Below, in pieces: positions 1-14,473 of a stretch of 64,000 nucleotides of DNA. The translations under genes and the position numbers were made by a program. The stretch is from Octopus vulgaris. Taxonomy: Eukaryota. The stretch lies in assembly GCA_951406725.2 (NCBI GenBank), contig OX597816.1, positions 31,434,001 through 31,498,000 of the forward strand. Reading direction: 5' to 3'. Below the pieces are notes generated by a model. That model was given only the letters and a program-made list of their open reading frames with translations. It had not been told where the DNA came from and searched no databases. Each line of letters opens with the position of its first letter. The stretch's first letter is position 1.

Positions 1-276
1 CACAATTTTTAAAGTTTGACCCTAGGCTTTGTTGACTTTCATAGCGATACGCAATCACGCTGGGTACGGGAGGTGTTTCAACTGAAATGAGACGTTTGAA
101 GGAATAAGAGGTGTGTGTGAAATCTATGCGATCTACCCTCGAGGACAACCTGCAATAATGGTTGCTTGTAGGACATGGCTTGTCACTATATTTACAGGAA
201 ATGTTGTGCTATTGCATAGACGTGGTGTGTCCAAATTCCTCAAATACATGATAGGTGCAACTTTCTTTGGAAGCAA

Positions 277-900
277 TTAATGCGGTGGCAGTCTTATGGG
301 TCGTAGATATTTGAGAAATTCAACTGGATTCTCAACGGTGGCATGTTCGTCGAAAGTAGTATCATTGGAAACAAACGTTGAAGCTTCACAGGCAGAATCT
401 TCATGGATTACATTATAAGCGCTTTCATTCCGAGGTGCTAAAATAGCTCTTTCTGTGAACCATGCCATGTTTTTGAAGTTGTCTTGCAATGTGGGAAATG
501 CCATTTCTATAAGCTCGGCTAATGTAGACACCGCGTGCCCACATTGCAAAAGCGCCATTTCCAATTTGTAGAAGCTGATGAAAGAATTCCTCAGCTAAGG
601 GGTCGTTGTAGAGATTAGCTCGAATATTGTTGCATAATGAAAGCTAACGAACAAACCTCCATAGATTTGTAGACTTCAAACACGCATAGATGTCATATAT
701 GACAGAAATCTCCTGCAAGGACAGCAGTTAAGCCCACCCCCATAACGGCAGTATTGTTTCTCATATCCCTTAGTGATATATCTAGGGCTTCTAGCGCACC
801 ACGGTGCGCCATCGTACATTCAGCCAAACAAGTGTAGTTTAGAGCAGACAGTCCAACGTCGTTGATCGTTTTGAAATAATACGCTTTTGGGCATCGAGGA
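277..900 (-). mobile_element. Helitron RepHel relic (PIF1-like helicase domain), pseudogenised
   Basis: Minus-strand translations match conserved Helitron/PIF1 helicase blocks (DECTM, GDFRQ, ACLKSSxLW, ERAILAP, EFLNSL..PPH): AECTMAHRGALEALDISLRDMRNN..GLTAVLAGDF, IYACLKSTNLWRFV*LSLCNNIR, FPTLQDNFKNMAWFTERAILAPRNE and PVEFLKYLRP..LPPH. Stops and frameshifts are present. Confidence 0.85.
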
Positions 901-2646
901 ATTGAGTTTCTCTAGCACAAATAGAGGCAGTTTTCTTTGCGGCCTTGTTCCGGCGATAAATAAGAATCCTTTTGTTTTGGTGGCATGTCTGAAAAGAGGA
1001 AACGATTAAGGGACATAGAAGATGGAAGAAATAGCTATTTGAATTTGTGCGTTGTTTAATTTCAATTTTTCATAACAAATGAACACATGTGGAAAAATTC
1101 ATATGTTAATTTGTTTACAGTTATTATGTGAAGAAGCGGAAAACTGAATAATTTGTGCTTTCTGTATAAGTGTAATGCATTCTGCTAGGTTATATATAGT
1201 GGAATGGATTACTGGCGTAATGGAAATTATTGTTTGTCAAGAAGTAACGGTGTGTGTGTGTAAAACATACATGAAACTGATTTATGTTTATAAGAAGGAT
1301 CATAAACTATGTACTGTTTTATGGCAAAAAAAAATGGTTAATATGATGTTACGCAGAAAGCATGTTTTCAAAATTATAAATTTCTTAATTTTTAACAGTT
1401 TTTCTAATATTGTTTTTTATGTACGTGGAAAAATACAGAAATTACGAATGGGGGCAATATAATTTGTTTTTGAAAATTTAATTTTTCTGAAAGAAATACT
1501 GCATGACCTTTCCCCACCTCGGCCAACCATCAGCATGTAGCTTTGGGACGAAATGCAAATCCCCTGTAAGGGAAACATAGGAATGTGAGGAAAGAGAAAT
1601 GTGGGGGTAGGGGTACGCAAATGTCTTCTCGCACATACTAGAAACAGGATTTCTGGGATAACATCCCTGTAAGTTTAAATGTAGGATCAGGTTTTGAAAT
1701 AGGTTCATCACGCACAGAAATGACAGAATAGGAAAATAATTTACATAGGATTTGAGCTGTAATTTACCGCACATCAAAAAATAACATAATTCATACAGAA
1801 CTCTGTGTGTGTGTGCCAAAGGAAGTTACATTTGCATACCTTTCTAATTCCAGAAGTAGGAACTGTAGTGAAGTTTGACAGCATGAGAAAGTGAAAGAGA
1901 AAGATAATGCCTCATTCTATACACGCTTGAAACATGGAACGAAAGTGAAAATGACCTTAAAATTGTTCGACACGATCACATTTCTGGTGTTCACTTCCGA
2001 TCTCCCCTTCTCTTTGTGATGGCTTTCTTTCCCCTTCACCTATAGAACATATAGAATCAATTGTGCGGTAGGTGCCTCTCAATTTCAGTTATAGAGCATA
2101 CACAGGGATGAAGCATCAGTGTCTCTCTCACACCAACTCTCCGTCTTTCAAATTCTCGAAGAGAAATTTGCTTTCTGTCTCTTGTATCTCTGTCATTTTC
2201 TCCTTTTGCATTTCAGTCGGTCATTGCCTCCAGAGTAGAAAGAATATAATAATTATTTTATGTGTTTCATCCACACGCTATGCCCACGCTGGAACACTGC
2301 TATTGTAATCACTTTTCAGCGGCCATTCTTATGCGATTGCTTTTTGGTGAAGGAGGGTGTTCAACACAGCTGCCCTCTTTTCAGTTTCTTGCCATTGTGT
2401 AGGCTCATCTGGTACAGCAGGTCATCTAGCTGTTTTTGAAAACATGTACCCCTACTAAATGAAGACCACACAAATGTTTTGGAAAAGCATGAAATACCTG
2501 CGGGTCATGAATCCCAAGCTACTGCAGCACCCACTCTAGACAGATTAACTGCGACCTTTGGAAAAGTACAACAACGTTCAGTTCCGGAGTTAGCATTTAT
2601 CTTGATGCCAAAATTTGATGCCGATCACTCCAGGATCTTCCATAAA

Positions 2647-3638
2647 TATCAGGTTGAGTAAAATATCCCGCGATATCAACGAAACCAGTGAGTGGTCAGC
2701 TCGAAAATGGTTTAAACGAATTCGCAGTGGACTTGAAGATCTTGAGCGTAGTGAAAACGCATCTGACATCGATGATGGTCAGATAAAGACCACCATTGAG
2801 AAACATCCACGTAAAACCAGTAGAGAACTGGCAAAATAACTTTAAGTTAGCCAGAAAACAGCTTGCAACAACTTGCATGTTTCGAAAATAAAAATATCCC
2901 GACAAATGTGTATCACGCGATTTGAATAAAAATCAGAAAATGCGCGGTATGAAATTTGGTCGTCGCTTCTTCTCCGTAACCAGACCGATCCATATCTCGA
3001 CCGCATTGTAACTTGTGATGAAAAGTGGATTCTGTACAATAATAAAAAAACGTGCTTCGTTGTAGTTGGACCAAAATGAAGCATCGAAAATCTTCCCTGA
3101 AACTGAGCTCTTCAAAAAGATGACTATGGTGACTGCTTGGTGGTGTACTGCTGGACGCATTGACTATAACTCCTTGAATTCCAGAAATATATTGTCATGT
3201 AATTTCAAAATTGAACGAAATACCGCTACTCCTCCGTGCCAGACAAAGCAACAGAAGAGGACCAATCCTTCTTCATGACAATGCTCCACAACACGTTTCC
3301 CTAATGACGTTCCAGAAGTTGAGGAAACATGAATACGATGTTCTTCCCCTCCCAGCTAATTCTCGAGACCTATCTCTCACCGACAACCAGTTTTTCGTGC
3401 ACCAAAATTGTTTCCTGCATTAGAAGGAGTTCAAAAAGTAAACCTACTATGAAAATCTGTTTAACGAGTTCAACTCCAGATATTTATGTTACCAGAATAA
3501 ATAAACTTGTAACTTGTTGGTAAAAATGTGTTTGATTGTAATGGTACTTATTTGATGAATAAAATATCAGCATTATTAAAATCCATTTTAATGAATGTCC
3601 TGTTTCAAAACGATGCCTACTTTTTACTAAGCCTGATA
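2647..3638 (+). mobile_element. Mariner (Tc1/mariner) transposon, internally deleted and decayed
   Basis: TA-flanked terminal inverted repeats: TA|TCAGGTTGAGTAAAA at 2647 and TTTTACTAAGCCTGA|TA ending 3638. Transposase fragments: ARKWFKRIRSG, LDRIVTCDEKWILYNN, GPILLHDNAPQH, PANSRDLSLTDNQFF (cf. HPPYSPDLSPTDYHFF). Confidence 0.9.
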
Positions 3639-3652
3639 AATATATATATAAA

Positions 3653-3799
<147 letters not shown>

Positions 3800-4112
3800 G
3801 TAATAATTTGAGGGCATATTATTCCTAAATTACAGGGAAAAATTCAATTTAGAAATAATAAATCAAATTTCACAAGATATAATATATATATAAAATTTTG
3901 AAAAAAACCCATCTTTTATCAATTCAAAATGAACAATTAAATTACACCATTATTACAGGCAAACATTATTCAGATTTGTCCGTTGTGAACAACGTACTAA
4001 ATTTCTTCCGTTAGCAGTACGAGGTTTCATACCGTTATTACATATGCTGGCTATATTAAATGCGAGCACAAACAATTTAAAGAGATTATAATTGATATAT
4101 CTGAGCTATATA

Positions 4113-4730
4113 TGCCATCTCAATATGGCTAACCACTAGGGGTGGGTGTTACTGTAGCTTGTAGCCCCAGGAGAACATCTCCTCCAGCTTGCTATAGGAA
4201 CACTTTCTGTGCCCTATCGGTATTTGCAAAGGGAGGTCATCCTTCTCTCGTCAACTTAAGTGATACGCACGGACTGCAGTTTCTGGGTATTGACCCGTCA
4301 TCATCGCACGACAATCACCGGTTTTCGATGAAAGGTGTTCCCGATGCAAATATTTATATCCTTTTTCCAGTGACTTTTCGTCACTGATCTTGAGAAAGTG
4401 TATACAAGCAATAATAAATATCTGAACGAGGTATAAACAGTAACTGCACGACAATGTGAGGTATATTTGCCATCTCAATATGGCTAACCACTAGGGGTGT
4501 GTGTTACTGTAGCTTGTAGCCCCATGCATATCACTTAGGTTGACGTGGGAAGAATGACCTCCCTTTGCAAATATCGATAGGGCACAGAAAGTGTGCGTAC
4601 AGCCAGTGGGAGGAGATGTTCTCCTGGGGCTACAAGCTACAGTAACACCCACCCCTAATGGTTAGCCATATTGAGATGACAAATTGTCGTGCAGTTACTG
4701 TTTGTACCTCGTTCACAGATTTATTATTAA
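4113..4730. mobile_element. Non-coding hammerhead-bearing element (Penelope pLTR / retrozyme-like), head-to-head arms, ~350-nt monomer
   Basis: 4467-4524 directly repeats 4113-4169. 4523-4682 is the reverse complement of 4113-4271, and 4683-4728 is the reverse complement of ~4410-4455. A hammerhead motif lies at 4260-4318 (-). Confidence 0.75.
4260..4318 (-). ncRNA. Type I hammerhead ribozyme motif (C3 changed to A)
   Basis: Minus strand reads GTGATTGTC-GTGCG ATGATGA CGGG TCAATA CCCA GAAA CTGCAG TC^ CGTGC-GTATCAC. Stem III is the palindrome ACTGCAGT, the cleavage triplet is GUC, and stem I extends via GTGAT/ATCAC. Confidence 0.75.
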
Positions 4731-4914
4731 TTGATATATCAATATCAATGAATTGAATGCTCTTTTTAATGTAACACGAAATCGAACTTTTAAACATAAT
4801 CTAGTTTCTTAAACTTCATAAACGCGAAATATCATACAAGGCGAAACAGAAACACCTGCATCATTAGAAGAATAAATGAAGTTTATTGAAGGAATTTCTT
4901 TTTACGTCTTATAA

Positions 4915-5045
4915 GATTGGTTTGAAATTTTAGCACCAGACTAACATTTTCGGAGGAAGTGATGAGTCGATTACATACCAATGTCCAATATATCCCGCCA
5001 AGCATTTTGCCTGACCTGACAACCATCCTGCCAGATTGCCGCCAA
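4915..5045 (-). mobile_element. Degenerate SINE fragment
   Basis: Resembles the SINE copies at 21235, 42750 and 60975 (GGCGGC..CTGGCAG head; GAGTCGATTACAT and AAATTTCAAACC blocks). Confidence 0.5.
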
Positions 5046-7436
5046 CATACCTCTTATAATACTTAGGTTTGTTTTTTTATGGTATATAATGCAATACACG
5101 AAATGGTATAATTAAGTTGCTTGATTCACACGTATGCATGCCCATACTAGTATATGTACACATATAGCAAACATCCAAGGACCATGATTTTGTTAAAACA
5201 TATGTCTCCAAAGAACGTGACATGGATTGAATGCAGAACGAACCATATCCTAAAATCAAAACCAGCCCAGATAATTAGTTTTGATTTGATTGCACATCAA
5301 AGAATTGCATCGGATAATAAGAGCTTCGATAGAGAGACATTTATTATTGAAATAAAACATCAAATAAATAATAGATGTGCATTTCGTAATCTTACGGAAC
5401 TGAGTAAATGATGATATCGATAAAAAGAAATTACAAGAATATATGTAAATATATGCTTGTATATATGTATCTACATCTCTGAGTGTGTGTGTGTATGTTT
5501 ATGTATGCATTCGCGTGTGTGTTTGTATGTGTACACATACATATGTCCGTACCGAACTACATGTACGTATAAATAGACTAAATAAATGTTTTATTTTACT
5601 CTTCTAATCATACATAATAAACCGTCTTTAAAAGATTCCTGCTTTCATATGCGTTCCTTAAATGTGAAAGGAAGTAGAAATGAATCTGATGATGAATAGC
5701 TGAAGAAATCTTGATTTCCCTGTTACAGTGCAAGAGCGATCATGTTTGATCATAGGATAACGGGGAGATGAGAATGAAAAAGACCGAAATTAATTTGATA
5801 AATTTCGACTGGTTAACCTGATTTGAGATTTGTTTTATGTTTTACTTGTCCATAAAGTAAGAACAAAGGATGGCATCAACTTTTGATCTCATCATTCAAT
5901 TATTTTACCTTTAACTCTATAGTGTAGTTACATGCGAGCATCTCACTGCTTTACATGTACATAACGTGAGGCGAATTCGTATCAAACTATCTATAGCTAT
6001 TAATGTATCTCTTTACGTACGATGCAAATACATAGTGAGTTATTCTTGTGTGTTGAGTGAAACATATTTACAGAGTCATGTACAGAGATACATAGAGCCA
6101 GATATACATTTACATGAATGCACGTGTGTGTTTGTGCTCTGTGTGTGTGTTTAGTTCTGAGTGCGTATGAATGAGAGTATTATCTTCCTGTCTATGAATT
6201 TACAATACCGAAATCGATATGGGTTCAAAGCTGTCTAGCGTTTTGTTCTACATGCAGTTTATATTTCTATAAATGTAAGATAATATACAAGTACTGCTTC
6301 ATGAAATCTCTGAAGTATCTTTGGCTGTATCGGAAAAATTGAATAAGGGAATGATTTACATGCGTGCACGTGTTTATATATATAAATACACATATACACA
6401 AATGTGTGTGTTTTTGTATGACTCCGAATGTAGCTTGCTGAAAGGAGAGTATTCATGTGTGTGAGATCATTTGCACATGATTGTATATATATATTCGTGT
6501 TGTGTATACACGTATGGTTGTCTGCACCTATATTAGTGTGTGTGCATTTGTGTAATATATTATCTATAATTAAATTCACATTCATGCTTAAAATATATAT
6601 TATGTAATATTACCCAATCATCTCAGCTTTACCATTCCATATTCAATCATTTCACATTCACCAATTGCAATATACATTTTTGTCTGTATGGAAATTTATG
6701 TCCAAATCTTGCACACACACCGAGAAATACACGGACACTCATAAGCACATGCACCCGAGCACTCAAACGCACAGGTACACATATTTTAGTTGACCTCTTA
6801 ATACCCGTCGGGCCTTTCGTATTGCAGATTTCTTGTATCAGCAACATAAACATTGGTCGTATTAATAGCTGAAAATCGTTTATAATATATTCAGACAGCA
6901 TCAATTATAATTCAGCTCCTTCTTTGTTTATTAGGTATTGGAAACCATATATTTAATGGAATTTTTATACGATTCTAATATTTTGCATATTCTTCTAGAT
7001 TCTTCAGTAGTTAAATCAATTTGTGTGTCTCTTCACGCTTCTACGAAGAATTAAGCTCCTTTCACTTATGCTACTATATTACTAATTTTATCCCTTCCTT
7101 GCATTGCTTTGTATTTCACTAAACCCCAAAATTCATTTATTTGATCTTCTTTCTATCTATCCAATTATAAAACTAATTTTCTTTTATTTTTATTGTGGCT
7201 CTACCTCATTAAAAAACATCCTGTCAATTCTAAGGAGTTCAATCTTTTTCTGTGAAACTACAATTCTTCTACCGACATGATATCTCGTTCCATCTAATGA
7301 TTTCAATTTAATAAGAATTCCCTTTCTCCTCCATCTATGTTAAGAAATCCCATGCGTTCATGCAGTTGTAAATTACATTATCTGAACCAAAAAGTTTGGT
7401 AATGCAAGAAAAAACTCGTGTAGAATGAAATGTTGT

Positions 7437-7817
7437 GGAAGCACTCCGTCGGTTACGACGACGAGGGTTCCGGTTGGTCCGATCAACGGAACAGCCTGCT
7501 CGTGAAATTAACGTGTAAGTGGCTGAGCACTCCACAGACACGTGTACCCTTAACGTAGTTCTCGGGGATATTCAGCGTGACACAGCGAGTGACAAGGCCG
7601 GCCCTTTGAAATACAGGTACAACAGAAACAGGAAGTAAGAGTGGGAGAAAGTTGTGGTGAAAGAGTACAGCAGGAATCACAACCATCCCCTGCCGGAGCC
7701 TCGTGGAGCTTTAGGTGTTTTCGCTCAATAAACACTCACAACGCCCGGTCTGGGAATCGAAACTGCGATCCTACGACCGCGAGTCCACTGCCCTAACCAC
7801 TGGGCCATTGCGCCTCC
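7437..7817 (-). mobile_element. tRNA-derived SINE, near full length
   Basis: Minus-strand head GGAGGCGCAATGGCCCAGTGGTTAGGGCAGTGGACTCGCGGTCGTAGGATCGCAGTTTCGATTCCCAGACC contains Pol III A box (TGGCCCAGTGG) and B box (GTTTCGATTCC), followed by ~300 nt of non-tRNA body. Confidence 0.85.
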
Positions 7818-10293
7818 TTCTGAAATATATATATATGCAATCAATACATGCAGCATGCAATAAATGTTTAACATATATTAACGGAAACAAATGCCATTTC
7901 TAATTTTAGTGCATTTCTATTGTTCGTGTTTATGAGAAAAGTTATTTGTTCTGGAGAAGAGTCCTTGATCTAAGATAACATACAAAGATAGCCTTCATAT
8001 CTTCTAAGTTTTAAAATATGCCCTTTTCAAGAACATCATGGATAAGCAAAAATACCTTCAATACATATGTAGATTTTAAAAATGAACTGCGTTATAATTA
8101 TATATTGAAGCGAACTGCAGAGCAAAGAGCATCCATATGTGTGTATGACAATTATATTTAACATTTTAAAGAATTTCGTACTAGTCTTAGGCTGGTCTTA
8201 TTAGCTGCTCTGTGGCACGGGAAAGAAAGCAAGTTAGCAATAGGCATATGAAAGGATATGTGAGTCTTCATTTTGGCAAACATTATCTTGATGTTTCGAT
8301 GAGAAAGAATTTCTGACACAAGGCCAAATACCACGATTTACTAATGCTGTTAACAGGAAATAGACATTTATAGAATAAAGTAAAAACTGCGTATCAGATA
8401 CGATGTGCACATGTAAATAAACAATGACATGTAAATAAGCAACTTTTTGTGACTTGTATCATTTTGTTTGAACATTTCATTATTTGATTAACATAAAATA
8501 CTGTGGTGTGATGAATATTTAAGGTTTATCGCTGAGCAGTTTGAACTATCATCTGAGGCATAGCTTTCTTGATTACATTTCCTATTCTTTTCCTCATGCT
8601 CAAAAACTTATTTTATTTCCAATTCACTCGCAACAACGATCTTCAACTGATACAAATAAACTAACTTATGGACTACTGTGATCATGGCAAAAATTAACTC
8701 GCTAGTCTGACATAAAAGCACCTATACTATACACATTATATTATTGAAGCGCGACATATGAGCTTTCGTTTAAATATTTTGTAAATCGCATGAAGAGAAA
8801 AAATATATTTTGCCGTGTAACTGTAATTAATAATTCTAAATATATACGCAAAATACGTCTGCTAGCTATCTTTGTCGTTTGGATTACAGCAAAACTTAAA
8901 TTATATTAGAAAATTCCTACTAACCTTATGATATACAATTGCCCTATTACGCTGATTTAGTTTCACTGTCTAACAGATCTAGGATCTCATAAATATTCAT
9001 TATATATCTGCACGACCTTTGAATCTTCTTTCTATCAGTCTATTTATTACTACTAACCCCAAACGCAAATCTGCAACTGACAGAGCAGCATATTAAATCG
9101 CATTATTTAAATCCCATACTTGTCTCTCGGTAATGTCACTTACTCTTGGATGCTGACCTCTCACATCCATCAAAGTTTACATTCAACATATTTAGAAAGC
9201 GTCTGTGAAATCGATATTCTTTCGATATCACACAACATAGACTTTCTTTGCATGTACGTACACAGGCAGGCAAAAACGTATACGTGTATGTATGTATGTA
9301 TGTATGTATTTTATGAATGTATGTATGCATGTATGTATATATGTATGTCAGGGTGTATTAATGTCTTAGAGATTTGTTTTCCGCTGTAGAATTCCAGCTG
9401 GTAGCTAACAGGCCACAAAGCCCTTTGATTTAACTCATTCGTAGTTATTTGAATTGTTTAGTTTATAGATGTATGTATTGCATGTGTAGATAAATTTACA
9501 TTCATGTATTGCATATGCATATCAATTTAGAATTTAATTGCGTATGCTCAATAACTAAGGTGCCTATGTTTAAACCAGAATACTTAAACGGAAAGTTGTG
9601 CCAATTTTCAATGTAATTCTAATTTATTCCATTTGAAAGAGATAGTAATCACCTCTGATGCTCTTCCTATGAAAATTTTACCATTTCTCGGATCTTAATG
9701 AAAGCTCGTTGTATAGCCTGCACCACTTGTCAGAATATGCGCTAATGAAAATCTATATCTACTCATTACTTCAACATAGTCATTTTCCTTTTTACTAATT
9801 TTTGATGATTGTCTCACAATATCCTCGCAGCATATCTCCTTAAGAATGCATGGTTGATTCCCTTTTGTGTTATACAGCAATTAATATTGTATTTATAATG
9901 CGTCTGTGTCTGTTTGCTGTTTTATTGAAATGTTTGAAGGTACTTATTTAAAAATCTGTGGGTATTTTCGGGCTCCGGTATTTGATTGATTTACTTATAA
10001 TATATTTCTTACGGAGTGTATTGCAAATTGTTTTGGTGAAAATATCATACCACGTGACAGGGATGACCTTAGACATATTTTAGGATAGATGATGATATCA
10101 TCGGTGTTACATTCCTCGATCAACACAAAGGAAATTAGCAGCAAAATAGTGAAAATTTAGAGGTGTCCTAATATTTCTGGTTTGTCATATATTTAGCAGC
10201 TTTCTCTTCATTTTGTATAAGATAAGATTTATATATCACAAGCCAAGAAGAGACTATTATTTCTGCTATACTTATGGTATATATTACTTACTT

Positions 10294-10327
<34 letters not shown>

Positions 10328-10341
10328 TCTCTCTCTCTCGA

Positions 10342-10750
10342 TCTCTTACTCCTTTACTTGTTTTAGTCCTTTGAATGTGGTCATGCTGGAGCACCGCCTT
10401 TAGTCGAGCAGATCGACCCCAGGACTTATTCTTTGTAAGCCTAGTACTTATTCCATCGGGCTCTTTTGCCGAACCGCTAGCTTACGGCGACGTAAACACA
10501 CCAGCATCGGTTCTCAAGCGATGTTGGCGGGACAAACACAGACAAACAAACATATACACACACACATATATATATATACATATACACGACGGGCTTCTTT
10601 CAGGTTCCGTCTACCAAATCCTTTCATAAGGCTTTGGTCGACCCGATGCTATAGTAGAAGACACTTACCCAAGGTGCCATGCATTGGGACTGAACCCGGA
10701 AACATGTGGTTGGTAAACAAGCTAATTACCACACAGCCACTCCTACACCT
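10342..10750 (-). mobile_element. tRNA-derived SINE with CORE-like block and internal (TA)/(TG) tract
   Basis: Homologous to 13247-13655 and 16207-16648. Head ..GGAGTGGCTGTGTGGTAA..GTTTCCGGGTTCAGTCCC; GGCACCTTGGGTAAGTGTCTTC block. Confidence 0.9.
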
Positions 10751-11712
10751 ATGATATCACATTTTGTGAGATATTTACCATACATAACATACTGCTCAGC
10801 TGATGATAAACTCCCCTGCAAATTTCCAACTGCCTTCGGGCTATTACTGTTTATAATATCTCTGTTAGGTATCCTCATTGTTACTCAGGAGCTGTTACAC
10901 GCTAAGGCGATGACACAAACTCATAAAATGCAATAAAGAAGCTTGAAGAAGTCACGAAATGGATACATATATATATTTGTGGGTGTGTGTCTTTGTGTGT
11001 GCGTGCGTACGTGTGTGTGTGTGTGTGTGTGTCTATGTGTGCATACATATATGCTTATATACATACACAGGCTGATCTAAATGCAACTTAGAAGCAGGCT
11101 AAACAAAACGATATGCAGTATGATAGTGGGAAATAGCAAGCAAAGTTCTTAATGCACCACACCTGCGTAATCAGGGCCCGAATGCACTGCATTCCCAAAA
11201 TCACAGACAGGAAGATTTAGGAATCATTATGTATAATGATGCATCATTTCATGTGCATATTGCCAGGATAGATATTAAGGTTCTTCAAGACAAGTTTAAG
11301 ATAAGGAATTTGTAAATAGGCTTTGCTTTATCGGGACACGTCTTGCAACACATGTCGCACTTACTATAATATTATTTGATTTAAGCTCTATAATTAAACT
11401 TTTAGACGTGTTTACTTTTTATTCCGAAATGGCGTGTGAAAATATTGATTAGGTTAGAATTGTTACTCTATGTGATCTAGATGTCAGTTGTGATAGTGTT
11501 CATAATCAGACAGAGCATAGCTGCCAGCGTAGGGGACAGACACATCTTTGCGTATCTTCATTTCTCACTTGAAACTGATGCTTTGGGGTGACAACCACCT
11601 AATATAAACTTAAGGTGACAATGAATATAAGAAGTGATTAGTATTTTCCAACGAGATCCGAAAACCAAATGCATTAATGAGCTTAAAAAATTCATACTCC
11701 TCACGAATGCAT

Positions 11713-11714
<2 letters not shown>

Positions 11715-11750
<36 letters not shown>

Positions 11751-11782
11751 ACACACACTCACACACACATGGTTACACACAC
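11715..11782. repeat. (CA)n microsatellite
   Basis: Direct reading. Confidence 0.95.
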
Positions 11783-12476
11783 ATAATAACAAATGCATGA
11801 TGTATAATGTCTTTGTATGTTTGTATGAATGTGCTTATGTGATTGTGCGTGCCTGCGTGCGTGCATGTGAATGTGTGAAGGGGCGAGTTGTGTTTTTTCG
11901 GGCGTCTTCTAATATCTCCTGCATTGAAACTTAGTTATCTAATAAAGTGTTGCATTGTTTGTTGGATCATATTCTGCTAGTTTTTTACGTAGAGAGAATG
12001 GTTGTGAAATCTCTGCGTAAGATTCTATCTACTATTCAGTGATCCAACAATGCAAATGTTTCTCTACAGACAAATTCTCATCAAGAGTTTACAAGTTTTA
12101 AAAATACTAAAATAAATGTCTCGTGTTTCAGGTGAACTAACTGTAGGAAATTTGAAGTCGATCAAGTTATACTATATATTTTATGATACATATCGCTGCC
12201 AAGTTTCTCTTACCATAATTTCTAGTAGGTCAACACAATATAAGTGGAATAAAGTGCATGGAATTCAGAGTCATTTCTTTGGATTTTATCGCTAAATAAG
12301 CTACTCAGCCTTTAAAATATGACATAAAGTTTACGTCCAAATAATAAGTCTAAAACATAAGTGAAACGCATAGGAATCTTTGGAATGTACTAATACTTAT
12401 CATGTATAGCTGTTCATCAAACAAGAAAAAGCTCATAATCGATGTCCAGGAAACACACATACACAAATATATTCTT

Positions 12477-12488
12477 ATATATATATAA

Positions 12489-12555
<67 letters not shown>

Positions 12556-12680
12556 TGTACATATATTTATATCCATGTAGATATATGTATATTGGCTGGA
12601 TTCCCTCGATTTTAACTCTACGTGTTTTCTGTAGCGAGTAAATAATAGCCCTTATTTATAAGTTGTTTATATATATACAG

Positions 12681-12762
<82 letters not shown>
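12477..12762. repeat. Two (TA)n microsatellites
   Basis: (TA)n at ~12477-12560 and ~12685-12762. Confidence 0.95.
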
Positions 12763-12765
<3 letters not shown>

Positions 12766-13212
12766 AACTTTCCGTATTCATTTACACCTACAATATGTGT
12801 GTAAATCTAAGACGGGGATACGTTGAACAAAATCATAATTAATTGATTCTCCTGTATTTCATTTTACCAGAAGTCAACGAACATTTCTGAACCCTCTCGT
12901 ACATACATACATACATACATACATACATACATGTATACATATATGCTTGCATAAATGCATATATACATACATACAGACAAACAGACACAAATGCATACCG
13001 ACTTGCATACATACGTGGCCGTATGCATACAGATCTACACATAAAACAGCAAACATTGCGGTTCATTTCCTGCCTACTAACATAGATATAAGTATTTCTG
13101 GGTATTAAGAAGTTTATTTCCGAAGCACATGGATTCGTGTTCAATTCTGAAAGCCTTTCGCGTGGATGAATTTGGTTCACGGAAACACGAGGTAGCTTAT
13201 TGTATGTATATT

Positions 13213-13246
<34 letters not shown>

Positions 13247-13248
<2 letters not shown>

Positions 13249-13405
13249 CGCAGGAGTGGCTGTGTGGTAAGTAGCTTGCTAACAAAACCACATGGTTCCG
13301 GGTTCAGTCCCACTGCATGGCATCTTGGGCAAGTGTCTTAGCCCCGGGCCGACCAATGCCTTGTGAGTGGATTTAGTAGACAGAAACTGAAAGAAGCCTG
13401 TCGTA

Positions 13406-13446
<41 letters not shown>

Positions 13447-13655
13447 ATATGTGTTTGTGTGTCTGTGTTTGTCCCCCTAACATTGCTTGACAATCGATGC
13501 TGGTGTGTTTACGTCCCCGTCACTTAGCGGTTCGGCAAAAGAGACCGATAGAACAAGTACTGGGTTTACAAAGAACTAGTCCCAGGGTCGATTTGCTCGA
13601 ATAAAGGCGGTGCTCTAGCATGGCCGCAGTCAAATGACTGAAACAAATAAAAAGA
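13247..13655 (+). mobile_element. tRNA-derived SINE with CORE-like block, inserted at a (TA)n tract
   Basis: GGCGCAGGAGTGGCTGTGTGGTAAGTAGCTTGC..GGTTCCGGGTTCAGTCCC (A/B boxes), CATCTTGGGCAAGTGTCTT, internal microsatellite, tail GCATGGCCGCAGTCAAATGACTGAAAC. Confidence 0.9.
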
Positions 13656-13893
13656 TAGTATATATATATATATATATAAGTGTGTGTGTGGCTATAAAAT
13701 ATAAAATATATATGTATATATATATGAGTGTGTGTGTTTTTAAATGTATGTACATATGTATATATATATAAATGAATCCACTCACCCCACGCACGCACAC
13801 ACATATGTATATATAAAAGCCTTAAAATATGCATATGTATGCGAACATATGTATATAATTGCACGTGAATATTTACGTTTGGATGAATAAACG

Positions 13894-13933
<40 letters not shown>

Positions 13934-14397
13934 AATCTGAAATTCAGAGCTACTAAATAATATTAGTGTTTTCTTTTTAATAATTTATATTTCGGTTTTA
14001 TATTCTCTTTTATTGCTTATGCCTCGAAACTATTCTTCGTAGAAGATAAACTATTTTATATGTATAATGAAAGTTTGTGGAGTGAATATGAAAATAAATA
14101 GAATAATTGAATTAGATGACTGAAGTACAATAGTGAAGTTAACGATGGTGAGAATGGTGGTTTTGATGGAGATGGCGTTATTTATATTACCCACACAGAC
14201 GAATAATACGATAAAAGAGTGTAAAATATAATAACACAAACAACTAGAATAAAAACGTAATAAGAATGTACCATAACGAATGCAACAGAAATGATAAAAA
14301 ATAAATATATATGCGTCTTGCTTCTAGAAGATTTTCCTCAATTATTATTATAAAAATTGATAATATCAATAGTAATAGAAATAATACAATACTTAGC

Positions 14398-14472
<75 letters not shown>
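14398..14472. repeat. (AAT)n microsatellite
   Basis: Direct reading. Confidence 0.97.

Positions 14473-14473
<1 letters not shown>

Noticed and set aside
4010-4050. GGTATGAAACCTCGTA (-), resembling the 3' half of a hammerhead
   Set aside because: No CUGANGA partner is found upstream.
7740-7817. tRNA-like sequence (also at 13247 and 63329)
   Set aside because: A and B boxes are present, but there is no complete cloverleaf and each continues into a SINE body.
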